Of a stretch of DNA of 32,000 bases, positions 1 through 8,038 are shown in pieces (position 1 is the first letter of the stretch; the number at the start of each line of letters is the position of its first letter). The notes beneath the pieces were generated by a model. The model was not told where the DNA came from and made no database searches. It worked only from the letters and a program-made list of their open reading frames with translations. Source of the stretch: Candidatus Methanophagaceae archaeon (GTDB lineage: Archaea; Halobacteriota; Syntropharchaeia; Alkanophagales; Methanospirareceae); the NCBI GenBank assembly GCA_003194425.1, contig PQXB01000001.1, positions 490,444 through 522,443 on the forward strand, read 5' to 3'. The translations under genes were made by a program, and so were the position numbers.

Positions 1-297
1 CTCTACGTCGCTGGACCTCGTGAAATTTGACCACTCGAAACCGCCGGGACCAAAATCAACCCCAGCACGCCCGAACCTGTCGTAGTTCGCTCGCTTCTGC
101 GGGTCCGACAAGACCTCGTAAGCCTCCGAGATCTCTTTAAACTTCTCCTCTGCTTCTTTTGGGCTCTTCCTGTTGACGTCGACGTCAGGGTGGTATTTCT
201 TGGCTAACCTGCGGTAAGCACGCTTCACCTCTTCTTTCGACGCTTCTCTGCCCACGCCCAGAATTTCGTAGTAGTCTTTTTCCTTCCTTTCTACCAA
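1..297 (-). CDS. dnaJ: DnaJ/Hsp40 J-domain protein, N-terminal part (rest lies beyond the window edge)
   Basis: My reverse-strand translation reads (M)[75 protein letters not shown]. This is a J-domain with the HPD tripeptide. The only in-frame start after the upstream stop (358-360) is TTG at 295-297. Confidence 0.85.
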   Translation of the reverse strand, partial: MVERKEKDYYEILGVGREASKEEVKRAYRRLAKKYHPDVDVNRKSPKEAEEKFKEISEAYEVLSDPQKRANYDRFGRAGVDFGPGGFEWSNFTRSSDVE

Positions 298-300
298 CTC

Positions 301-347
301 ACCTCGTCCTCCTCCTCTCGTCCTCCTCTCGTCCTCTTCTCGACTCG
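301..347. repeat. Imperfect tandem repeat (tcgtcctcctc-type, 11-14 bp units, about 3.5 copies) in the dnaJ 5' flank
   Basis: Direct reading: tcgtcctcctcctc / tcgtcctcctc / tcgtcctcttc / tcgac-tcgtcc. Confidence 0.7.
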
Positions 348-394
348 TCCTTCGCTGTTAAAGAATTTATCTTTTAAGGCTTAAATTTAAAAAA

Positions 395-991
395 ATGAAC
401 TACAAGGGACACCTGACCGTCGGTCTTGCCTGCGCCCTCGCCTTAAGTCTTGCCCTCTTCGTAGCCGTGGCAGAAGACCTTTTCCTCGCTCTCCCGCTCC
501 CGTTCTTCTCTCTCCTGCACCCGTTCTTCTCTCTCCCGTTCTTCTCTCTCCCGTTCTCGCTCGACTTCAAAGAACTGCCGTTGTGGATTTTAATCTGCCT
601 CTTCGGCTCGCTCGCACCCGACCTCGACCACAAGCACAGCAAAATCCACAGGTGGTCTTACACCGGCTCAGTCTCGTTCGGAGCCGCCCTCTACCTCCTC
701 TCCCACGAGCCGTTTCAGGCGTTGGCAGTTACAGCCGCGCTCGTGCTCACCGTCTTTTTACTCTCACGGCTGAAGCACCGCGGCTTTACACACCACGCAC
801 CAGGAGTGGTCATTTTTGCGGTGCTCTTGTACGCGGCGTTTTCTGTGCTGAACTTCTCGTCGCCGGTCGTGGTTACTGGGTTTGGAGTGGCGGGGTATTT
901 GAGCCACCTCGCTGCAGACTTCTTCTCCACTCGGAGCAAAAGAAAAGCCAACAAAGCGAGCAAGCAAACAGGCAAGCGAGCAAGCAAGTAG
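395..991 (+). CDS. Membrane-bound metal-dependent hydrolase, YdjM/DUF457-like
   Basis: 198-aa ORF with several hydrophobic helices. Motifs GHLTVG, APDLDHKHSKIHR, HRGFTHH and SHLAADFFS are typical of DUF457. It contains an in-frame PFFSL repeat insertion (nt 499-562). Confidence 0.6.
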   Translation: MNYKGHLTVGLACALALSLALFVAVAEDLFLALPLPFFSLLHPFFSLPFFSLPFSLDFKELPLWILICLFGSLAPDLDHKHSKIHRWSYTGSVSFGAALYLLSHEPFQALAVTAALVLTVFLLSRLKHRGFTHHAPGVVIFAVLLYAAFSVLNFSSPVVVTGFGVAGYLSHLAADFFSTRSKRKANKASKQTGKRASK

Positions 992-1000
992 GTAAGAAAA

Positions 1001-1834
1001 ATGAAAGGTTTAAAAGGGAAGGGAAAACCTGCGGTAGTGGGCGTGCTGAAAAGCCTCTCCGTTCAGGAGGCGTTGCGAGCGAAGGAGAGCGGGGCGGACG
1101 CGGTAGAGTTGAGAATTGACCTCTTGAATTTAGATTTGGGGGAGAAGGTAAATTTGGAGAGGGGGGGGAAGGGAGAGGAGGAGGGAGTAGAGAAGGTGCG
1201 AGAGTTCGTTGCGAGATTCAAAAAGGAGGGCGGGGGACTGCCAATAATCGCGACGAACCGCAGAAAAGAGGAAGGCGGGTCTTTCGGGGGCACCGAGGAA
1301 GAGCGGGTTGGTCTGCTAACTCGCCTCCTCGAGACTGCGGAGCTGGACGCTGTAGACATCGAGTTCTTCGCTCCCGAGGCGGGGAAAAAGGCTGTTTTAG
1401 AAACAGCGAGAAGACACCGCAGAACCGTTATTCTCTCGTTCCACGACTTCACAGGAATGCCAAGCCGCGAGGAGATTTTGGAAATCGTTGCGAGAATGCA
1501 CGAGGAAGGTGGGGGAACAGGTGAGGGCGGGTGCGTTGCAAAAATCGCGGTGACGCCGAGGACTCTGGGCGACGCTCTGTTTCTGCTTGACCTGACCTAC
1601 AAACTCTCAAGCGAGGGGAAGGCGGTGGCTACGATTGGAATGGGTGCAGTAGGAAGGCACTTGCGAGTAGTTGCACCCCTCTACGGCTCTGCACTGACCT
1701 ACGGCTTCCTGGAAGGCGAAGAAGGCGAAGAAGGAGAGGGAGGGGAGGAAGGAGAGGAAGGAGGAGTGGCTGTAGCACCGGGTCAGTTTAGTGTGAAGGA
1801 GTTAAGGGGAATGCTGCAAAATCTAATCTTCTGA
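1001..1834 (+). CDS. aroD: 3-dehydroquinate dehydratase, type I
   Basis: Motifs AVELRIDLL, PIIATNRRKEEGG, DAVDIEFF, ILSFHDF..MP, VAKIAV, MG..GR.LRV..PLYGSALTY and APGQ match the type I DHQase layout. There is a glutamate/glycine repeat insertion just before the C-terminal APGQ. Confidence 0.8.
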   Translation: MKGLKGKGKPAVVGVLKSLSVQEALRAKESGADAVELRIDLLNLDLGEKVNLERGGKGEEEGVEKVREFVARFKKEGGGLPIIATNRRKEEGGSFGGTEEERVGLLTRLLETAELDAVDIEFFAPEAGKKAVLETARRHRRTVILSFHDFTGMPSREEILEIVARMHEEGGGTGEGGCVAKIAVTPRTLGDALFLLDLTYKLSSEGKAVATIGMGAVGRHLRVVAPLYGSALTYGFLEGEEGEEGEGGEEGEEGGVAVAPGQFSVKELRGMLQNLIF

Positions 1835-2231
1835 ACGAGTTTATTGATTCTACGCACTGCATTCCCCGAGCCTTTAAAATCCGCCCTACCGCCTCACGAA
1901 ACCGCCGTTCCACCCGCACTCCCTCTCGCTCCAGCCGAGCCGAGAGTTTCTTGTTAAACCCGTTCCCCGCCCTGTCGTAGTCTGTCAGAATCGCGACCCT
2001 CTTCTTCTTGTACTTGCTCCCCAAATAGTCAACGAGCCGAGCGCAAGAGAAGCCCGAGCAGCACATCAAAATCTCCTTCGTAGTCCCCAGCCCCCGCAGC
2101 GCTGCTTTATCTCGAGCACCCTCAACAACGACCGCGTCCACAAAATCGTCCATCTCCTGAACCAGGCTCTCCAACGCCTGATAAATCTGATAAGCCTCGT
2201 AGTCCCTTTTCCAAGTTGGCTGCATTCTCAT
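1788..2231 (-). CDS. Small Toprim-domain protein (archaeal UPF0292 / COG1658-like)
   Basis: VVVEGARDKAAL ... RVAILTDYDRAGN is a Toprim E...DxD signature. I prefer the ATG at 2231 (MRMQPTWK) over the TTG at 2306 given in the track. The 3' end overlaps the aroD 3' end by 47 nt (convergent). Confidence 0.6.
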   Translation of the reverse strand: MRMQPTWKRDYEAYQIYQALESLVQEMDDFVDAVVVEGARDKAALRGLGTTKEILMCCSGFSCARLVDYLGSKYKKKRVAILTDYDRAGNGFNKKLSARLEREGVRVERRFREAVGRILKARGMQCVESINSFRRLDFAAFPLTPSH

Positions 2232-2444
2232 ATTAGAAATTAATATAACTAAACTTTGTGAAATAGTCTCCCCCAGCTCTCTCGTGTCAACGCAGAGCCC
2301 TACCAAAGAAGGCGCTGCATCTTGATTCTACACTCCCCTCTAAATACTTTCACGCCCAAAGGTACCTTATTCCTCTCAAACAGCCTTCCAAAAAAAAAAA
2401 CCTTCCAAAAAACTTTTCAAAAGAAAAATTTAAAAGGAAATTTT

Positions 2445-3233
2445 ATGCTCACTTTTGTCGGTCTCGGGTTGTACGACGAGAAGGACATTACTTTGAAAGG
2501 TTTAGAAGCGGTGAGAAAGGCAGACAAGGTCTACGCCGAGTTCTACACCTCCCCCCTCGGCGGAAGGACGGTAGAAAAAATGCAAAGGGTGTACGGCAGG
2601 CGAATTTCTGTCCTAGAGCGGAGCGACTTGGAAGAGAACGCGGAGGCGGCGGAGAGCGGCGGGATTTTGGAGCTGGCGAAGAGCAAAAATGTGGTCTTGC
2701 TCTGCGGTGGCGACTCGATGGTTGCGACTACGCACGTTGACCTCCGGCTCAGGGCGATCGACAGAGAAATAAAAACGCGACTAATTCACGCACCCTCGAT
2801 TTTGTCCGCGGTCGCAGGTCTCTGCGGGCTTCAGAACTACAAGTTCGGCAAGTCCGCAACCGTCTCCCCGCCCTACCCCCACGGCTGCGGAGGCGTTATT
2901 TCTGAAGTCCCCTACGACACTCTAAAAGCAAACAAAGAAAGGGGACTGCACACTCTGCTCTTTCTCGACATCTCGATGAGCGTAAACGAGGCGTTAGGGC
3001 TGCTGGAAACGGTTGAGGAAAGAAGGCGAGGCACGGTGCTTAAAAATAAAAAATCAATAATCGTCGGAATTGCGAGGGCAGGCTCGGAAGAGCCGGTTGT
3101 AAAAGCAGATTATTTGGAAGGTTTGAAGAGCTACGATTTTGGCGAACTTCCGCACGTGCTCGTTGTTCCCGGAGAACTGCATTTTCTGGAGAAAGAAGCG
3201 TTAGTGAAAATAGCCAATTTCCCTGCACCTTAA
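2445..3233 (+). CDS. dph5: Diphthine synthase (SAM-dependent tetrapyrrole-methylase fold)
   Basis: MLTFVGLGLYDEKDITLKGLEAVRKADKVYAEFYTS... and LCGGDSMVATTH, HAPSILSA, LHTL.FLD are typical Dph5/DphB motifs. The track ORF starts at a TTG (2322) with a low-complexity leader, and the ATG at 2445 aligns with the family N-terminus. Confidence 0.85.
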   Translation: MLTFVGLGLYDEKDITLKGLEAVRKADKVYAEFYTSPLGGRTVEKMQRVYGRRISVLERSDLEENAEAAESGGILELAKSKNVVLLCGGDSMVATTHVDLRLRAIDREIKTRLIHAPSILSAVAGLCGLQNYKFGKSATVSPPYPHGCGGVISEVPYDTLKANKERGLHTLLFLDISMSVNEALGLLETVEERRRGTVLKNKKSIIVGIARAGSEEPVVKADYLEGLKSYDFGELPHVLVVPGELHFLEKEALVKIANFPAP

Positions 3234-3235
3234 AA

Positions 3236-3280
3236 TCAAAAAAATAAAAAAATGAGAAGGGAAGAAAAACCCCCCTTCTC
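3236..3280 (-). terminator. Hairpin plus oligo-T terminator downstream of mcrA (also faces the convergent dph5)
   Basis: GAGAAGGG (3254-3261) pairs with CCCTTCTC (3273-3280), giving an 8-bp stem and 11-nt loop. On the minus-strand transcript this is followed at once by T7-A-T7 (plus-strand A-runs 3238-3244 and 3246-3252). It lies about 57 nt after the mcrA stop. Confidence 0.55.
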
Positions 3281-3336
3281 TTTCTCTGTTCTTGTCCTGT
3301 TCGCTTGTTTCGCTTGTTTGTTTTTGTTCAAACTTT

Positions 3337-5061
3337 TTACCGGCCGTAGTAACCACCGATAATCAGGTCTCGCTCGCCTGCGGGTTTGAACTCTCTCAGC
3401 GCACCTCTTCCGTACTCTCTGGTCACGTAGCCACGGTCGAACGGCAGGTCACGGTCCGAGAACGCTACCTTCCACAGCGGCGACAGCACCCACGCGTCCT
3501 TGTTCGCAAGGTGTGCTCCTGCAACCAGACCACCGTACGCACTCTGGTGTCCCACGTTCATCGCGTAGTTCGGGTAGTTCACGCCTCGCATCTCGAACGG
3601 CATTCCCTCGTCGCTCTGGTACGAGTACGAACCGCACGCCGTGCACTGGTCCTGCAAGTCGTATCCGTAGAATCCGAGTCTACCGACACGCTCGTAGTGT
3701 CCAAGCATCGACATCGACCACGCACTCAGGGTCGGCTGTGCAAGTCCTGTTGCGCACGCAACGGCACTACCGCATCCCGCTGCTGCACAGCACGCTCTCA
3801 CTGAACCACCGAAGTGCGACTCCGCAACCGTCGGGTACGCCTCGTACTGCGTCAGGCAGTAGTCGTTCTCAGCACGGATTATCTTCTCCAGAATATCCAT
3901 GTTCAACTTGTCGCCCTTTAACAGCTCGCCGTTGTTCTCTTCGTTTATGTAATCTCTACCGATCTCACATCCCTTGTAGCAGAAGTCCTCCAGGATGTTG
4001 TCCGTGTAGGTCGCGCTCGCGTACTGCGTGAACCCGACACCGCCCGACATGTAGGTTCCGAACCACAGCTGGTCGTAGACCATCGCCGCAACTGCAATGC
4101 TCTCCAACTCCGCTCTTATCGGGTCGTTCGGGAACAACGCTGGCGATCTCGTGCTGTCCGCGTTTATTCCTAACGGCATTCCTGAACACTCGTTCTGCGA
4201 CCTCGCCCTCTTCACTGGCATAAAGTTCGAGAGTTTGACCACAGCCGCGTGCTTCGCGTAGTAGGCGAACTCGCCGGTCGCCGACTCACCCGCACACATC
4301 TTGTATGCGTTTATCATCGTCATCCCGACCTGCATTCCTACCCACCTGAACATCGTTCCGCCGTCTGTCATTCTGCCCACGACCGTCGGCATCCAGAGAA
4401 TCTGCCAAATCTTCTTCCCGATTGCGTCTTTCAACTGGTCTGCCTGCTCGCCCGGCTTCTCCCAGCCTGCTGGGAATTCCTTGTTTATGTCCAGCACGAA
4501 CCTCCTGTCCAGCGCGTCTGCAAGGTCGTCGTCGCCTGTGAATATCTTTGCGTAACTGTCGTTCACGAGCAACGGCTTCGTCTCAACCATGTGCTCCTGA
4601 ATAACCGCACCGCCAGGCAGCGCGTGGTTCAGCACTTCCATGTAGTGGCTGATTGTGTCCGGCGTTACTTCCTTGCCCAACCTCGCTTCTAACAGTCCGT
4701 GTGCGTCGTCCAGTCCCAGGATAATTCCTCTCTTCATATCGTCCCAGCACTGCTGCATCGCGGCGTTGTTTATCCAGTGCAGGTCGTCCGCATTCACCAT
4801 TATGTCCGTGTGGTTCATCATATACGGCATCAGGTACCTCTGCCCCTGCGGCATTCCCACATCTGGATTGTATCCAGGAGTTCTCACGGTTCGGTTCTCT
4901 ACCATCCGCTTCGCTTCCTCGATGAACTCCCGCTTCCTCATTCCTCCTTTCTGGGCAATTCCTCCGTACACATAGAACTTAGTCGTTGTACTCTCTGGCT
5001 TCTCGGCGAACTTGTCCGACATCGCCTTCAAGAAATTGTGCTGTACGTCTCTATATGGCAT
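3337..5061 (-). CDS. mcrA: Methyl-coenzyme M reductase alpha subunit, ANME-1-like variant
   Basis: 574 aa. Motifs: GGVGFTQYASATYTDNILEDF, YAKHAAV, PVKRAR, GFYGYDLQDQC, YPNYAMNVGHQ and GALREFKPAGER. FGGSVRACCAAAGCGSAVACATG replaces the canonical FGGSQRAAVVAAAAGCSTAFATG. Confidence 0.97.
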   Translation of the reverse strand: MPYRDVQHNFLKAMSDKFAEKPESTTTKFYVYGGIAQKGGMRKREFIEEAKRMVENRTVRTPGYNPDVGMPQGQRYLMPYMMNHTDIMVNADDLHWINNAAMQQCWDDMKRGIILGLDDAHGLLEARLGKEVTPDTISHYMEVLNHALPGGAVIQEHMVETKPLLVNDSYAKIFTGDDDLADALDRRFVLDINKEFPAGWEKPGEQADQLKDAIGKKIWQILWMPTVVGRMTDGGTMFRWVGMQVGMTMINAYKMCAGESATGEFAYYAKHAAVVKLSNFMPVKRARSQNECSGMPLGINADSTRSPALFPNDPIRAELESIAVAAMVYDQLWFGTYMSGGVGFTQYASATYTDNILEDFCYKGCEIGRDYINEENNGELLKGDKLNMDILEKIIRAENDYCLTQYEAYPTVAESHFGGSVRACCAAAGCGSAVACATGLAQPTLSAWSMSMLGHYERVGRLGFYGYDLQDQCTACGSYSYQSDEGMPFEMRGVNYPNYAMNVGHQSAYGGLVAGAHLANKDAWVLSPLWKVAFSDRDLPFDRGYVTREYGRGALREFKPAGERDLIIGGYYGR

Positions 5062-5062
5062 T

Positions 5063-5902
5063 TTATTCTACACCTCCTCTCGGTACAAATAATTTCAAGT
5101 CCTTCACTCCTATGTCCTTCTTCCCGCCTTTTATCTCTGACATCTTCTTCCAGGGTTGGAATCCGCCGACTGTCCTCTTCCAGTGGATCTGTGCAGTCAC
5201 GTCCATCGACTCTGGGTCGTCCACTTCCTGCCAAACACCGCCCTGTGCGTTCCTGTACATCGTCGTTCTCTTGAGCAGCTCGTCCTCTGGCAGCGGCTTT
5301 CCTAAGACTACTTCCTTGTCCATCGCACCGCCGATCATATCTTTCACGTAGATGACTTCTCCGCCCTTGCCTTTTGACCATCTCCGCAGTGCGTCGAACA
5401 TCATTCCGTCCTCGTCCAGTCTGACCGCGTGCCCGTGCACTGTCCTTCCTCTCAGTCCTGTCCTCGCAGTGTCGTAGAGTTCGCAGTCTATCTGCTCTTT
5501 CGTTATCTTTTCGATGTCTCTCTCACGCCCTTCTATGATCGTCCTTCCTGACAACACACCTGGGTCTACACCCTTGTATCTGGTGTACGCTGCCCACGCT
5601 CGCTGGTAAGGCGTTATCGGTGCGAACATCATTGAGTCGGTGTACTGTACGTACCGAATCCTGTCGCCTGCCTTCGCTCCCTCTGTCGGCTCTACCATTT
5701 CACGAACCGCGCATTCAGGCTCTTCCATCTCCTCGAGTGGCGGGTGAATGCTCTTGTACTCCTCTCCTGGTGCCCTGTGTGCAAGCAGTCTCACAATGTC
5801 TTCCTCTGCAATGTCCCTCAATTTCTCGTAGGTGTAGTTCGGATCCATGTAGTTCCTTCTGTTCTGTGCTATATGGCTACTTCCAGCCGTATATTGTGGC
5901 AT
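5063..5902 (-). CDS. mcrG: Methyl-coenzyme M reductase gamma subunit
   Basis: 279 aa. It sits between mcrB and mcrA with a 1-nt gap to the mcrA ATG. Motifs IHPPLEEMEEP, RYVQYTDSMMFAP..PYQR and GRTVHGHAVRLDEDGMMFD are typical of McrG. A GGAGG lies upstream. Confidence 0.95.
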   Translation of the reverse strand: MPQYTAGSSHIAQNRRNYMDPNYTYEKLRDIAEEDIVRLLAHRAPGEEYKSIHPPLEEMEEPECAVREMVEPTEGAKAGDRIRYVQYTDSMMFAPITPYQRAWAAYTRYKGVDPGVLSGRTIIEGRERDIEKITKEQIDCELYDTARTGLRGRTVHGHAVRLDEDGMMFDALRRWSKGKGGEVIYVKDMIGGAMDKEVVLGKPLPEDELLKRTTMYRNAQGGVWQEVDDPESMDVTAQIHWKRTVGGFQPWKKMSEIKGGKKDIGVKDLKLFVPRGGVE

Positions 5903-5936
5903 TTTCTTTTTCCTCCTTTCTCCTTTTTTTCTCCTT

Positions 5937-7247
5937 TTACATTATCTCCTGCGCACCCTCGGCGACCGCCTTCATCGGCTCTGCAAACTCCGGAATCGCT
6001 CCCAGCACTTCTCCGTACAGCGCTGATGTCCTCGCTGGTATGAAATACATCGTGTCCGCGTCTATGCACATCGCAGCACAGAAGCACGGGATAAACTGCC
6101 CCTTTGCGTGCCTTGTAACGATGTGGTTTCCGTAGAACACACCCGGACCACCGCCTCCGTAAATCGAGTGCGAGAAGAACGAACTCGAGACTGACGCTCC
6201 TTGTGCCATTCCAAAGTCAGGTCCCGGCAGCCCTGTCTCTCTCTCCATCAAACAGCAGCTGTACATAATGTTCGATGGCACTGGCTGTCCTGCTCGCATT
6301 GATGCACAATTCACACACACTGCAGCAAGCATTCCCGCGCTCGCGTACGCGTTCCACAACTGCATATCGTCGGCGTCGTAAACCACGAACCCAGACGGCA
6401 TCTCCTTCAGCGGCTTTATCACTCCGTCCGCTTTTGCTCTCTCCACCGTGCTGTAAACCACATCTGCAAGCGTCCCTGTCTTTCCGTTCTCTTTTATCAG
6501 GTCGCGCAGCATGTTGTTCGCGTTCAGCCCCTCGTACGCCAAGTCCAAAAGATGCCCTCTCTCGTGCGGTCCCATGCAGTTGCCCATCTCGAATTGTGCT
6601 GCCTCTTCCAGAATCATCGCCAGCGCTGCACCCTGCATCGCTCTCTTCCGCACCGTCGCTGCCAAGTGGTTCACCGGAATGTTCCTCAGCACAAATCCCG
6701 GACCCTCGTTCTTTATCGGCACATCGACTAACATCTTCACTGCGCCGTCTGCTGGGTCTGGGTCCTGCGGATACATTCCCCACACTGCTGCATGCACATA
6801 AGGTGCTTCCCACATACTCACATCGCAAACATCGATGATCGCATGCGTCAGCGCACCCATCGCAGCCGTGAGACCAACCGAGTAGTCGCTCAAAATCCTA
6901 GCGCTCGGAACCTGCGTCAGCATCCGCTTTCCGCCTGCCATCAACTCGACATTCGTGTCGTCGTCCTCGCTAACACGCAGCATGTCTTCTACTTGTTCCG
7001 CTATCGCTTCCGCGTTCGCCAGTATCGGAAAGTCGTGTCCTACGCCGCGGATTACCATTCCTTTGCCTGCTATTGTTCCTGTTGCTAACTTGTTCTCCAG
7101 CTTCGCCAAGTCAACCGCACCTGTCCGAATGGTCAGGTTAACGATTTTCTTTATCGCTGGGTTCTTTAGTGGACTGATTGCCTCTAACGGCACGTTGCTC
7201 GCCAGTTGGTTGCCCCTGTCGTCGTATAGATCTACTTCATCTGCCAT
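5937..7247 (-). CDS. mcrB: Methyl-coenzyme M reductase beta subunit
   Basis: 436 aa. Motifs VDLYDDRGN, PLEA.SPL.NPAIK, GGKR.L.QVPSAR, DVSMW and SIYGGGGPG are typical of McrB. A GGAGG lies 10-14 nt upstream of the ATG. Confidence 0.95.
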   Translation of the reverse strand: MADEVDLYDDRGNQLASNVPLEAISPLKNPAIKKIVNLTIRTGAVDLAKLENKLATGTIAGKGMVIRGVGHDFPILANAEAIAEQVEDMLRVSEDDDTNVELMAGGKRMLTQVPSARILSDYSVGLTAAMGALTHAIIDVCDVSMWEAPYVHAAVWGMYPQDPDPADGAVKMLVDVPIKNEGPGFVLRNIPVNHLAATVRKRAMQGAALAMILEEAAQFEMGNCMGPHERGHLLDLAYEGLNANNMLRDLIKENGKTGTLADVVYSTVERAKADGVIKPLKEMPSGFVVYDADDMQLWNAYASAGMLAAVCVNCASMRAGQPVPSNIMYSCCLMERETGLPGPDFGMAQGASVSSSFFSHSIYGGGGPGVFYGNHIVTRHAKGQFIPCFCAAMCIDADTMYFIPARTSALYGEVLGAIPEFAEPMKAVAEGAQEIM

Positions 7248-7507
7248 ATTTTCCTTTTTCCTCCTTTTTTATTCTACCCACTCTTTATGGGCAAGTTTTA
7301 ACAAAGAAACGCATCTTTAAAAGATTTTCTTTTTTTCTCAAGCCTCCAAAAATGAGAAGCATTCTTGTGCGTGTTTATTAATTTAATTCACACAAATTGT
7401 GGTGGTTTCTAAAAAATATGACAATGTTTGTTAACAACCTCCCTCTACCCTCACACACTCCTTCCCTCTCTATTTCCCTCTCTCTTTCCCACCCTAATTC
7501 TGGCATT

Positions 7508-7529
7508 GTTAAGTGCTTGTTAAGTGCTT
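7508..7529. repeat. Tandem direct repeat, 2 x 11 bp (gttaagtgctt)
   Basis: Exact duplication read directly from the sequence. Confidence 0.9.
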
Positions 7530-7539
7530 TTTCTTTCGC

Positions 7540-7581
7540 GATTTCTAACTTTAGATTTCTAACTTTAGATTTCTAACTTTA
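7540..7581. repeat. Tandem direct repeat, 3 x 14 bp (gatttctaacttta)
   Basis: Three exact copies read directly. In mcr orientation the unit reads taaagttagaaatc. Confidence 0.95.
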
Positions 7582-7591
7582 ATCTAATAAT

Positions 7592-7639
7592 CTAATCCTC
7601 TTTTATAAGACATAGCTAATCCTCTTTTATAAGACATAG
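7592..7639. repeat. Tandem direct repeat, 2 x 24 bp (ctaatcctcttttataagacatag)
   Basis: Two exact copies read directly. It is preceded by atctaata/atctaat and followed by aaaataatat(t/a)gaaa-type repeats up to about 7680. Confidence 0.95.
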
Positions 7640-7699
7640 AAAAGTAATATTGAAAATAATATAGAAAATAATATTGAAACATTTATTTAGTCAGTAAAA

Positions 7700-7939
7700 A
7701 TGCCAGAAGAAAAGAAGAAGAAAAGTTGGATAGAAATAGAAGCCGAGAAGGCGGATAAAGAAGAGGGCGGACGGAAAGCACAGATAATCGAGAATGCAAA
7801 GTGTGAAAATTGCGGAAAAGAGGTGGAAGAAGGAGAATACATCGTGGTTCGGGGTAGAGTTCTTTGTGCAGAATGTTACGAGGGGGAATTGGAAGAAGGA
7901 ATGGATATGGGAGCCGCGGACGTCGCTGGAGCGGGGTGA
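7700..7939 (+). CDS. Small acidic zinc-ribbon protein (hypothetical)
   Basis: 79 aa with CENC...(17)...CAEC, i.e. two CxxC pairs. No Shine-Dalgarno is present, so it may be leaderless, with AT-rich TATA-like repeats 25-40 nt upstream. Confidence 0.5.
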   Translation: MPEEKKKKSWIEIEAEKADKEEGGRKAQIIENAKCENCGKEVEEGEYIVVRGRVLCAECYEGELEEGMDMGAADVAGAG

Positions 7940-8038
7940 GAGACCGGGGTAGGAGACCAGGGTAAAAGATGAGAAAGGAAGAAAGAGGGAACGAAGAAGT
8001 AAAGAAGAGGAAAGGGGAGTAAAAAGGAGAGAGGAAGA

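Larger units (their letters stand above)
7248..7699. promoter_or_regulatory. Divergent control region between mcrB (-) and a small Zn-ribbon gene (+), packed with direct repeats
   Basis: 452-bp AT-rich spacer. It contains TATA-like stretches (attaaattaataaac near 7375-7390, cttttaaag near 7312-7320), a 10-bp palindrome TTGTTAACAA (7428-7437), a polypyrimidine tract (7441-7500) and four repeat families (7508-7680). No transcription start can be fixed from sequence alone. Confidence 0.45.

Noticed and set aside
2322-2444. The N-terminal extension of dph5 from the TTG start in the ORF track. Similar track extensions occur at 12119-12172 (MinD/Fer4), 15598-15657 (dCMP deaminase), 27212-27304 (eS19) and 2232-2306 (Toprim).
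   Set aside because: The extensions are low-complexity or unconserved. The internal ATGs coincide with the family N-termini and remove gene overlaps.
3292-7320. Many long plus-strand ORFs inside the mcr operon (for example 3292-3804, 3513-4031, 4249-4692, 4699-5274, 5620-6135, 6275-6838) and minus-strand alternates (6217-6828).
   Set aside because: They are shadow ORFs antisense to, or out of frame with, unmistakable mcrA/G/B coding sequence. Their translations are Arg/Ser/Pro-rich low-complexity with no motifs.
7540-7639. Whether the direct repeats upstream of mcrB form a CRISPR array.
   Set aside because: The units are 14 and 24 bp, strictly tandem with no spacers, and only 2-3 copies are present. 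No cas genes are nearby. They are tandem duplications or possible binding sites, not CRISPR.
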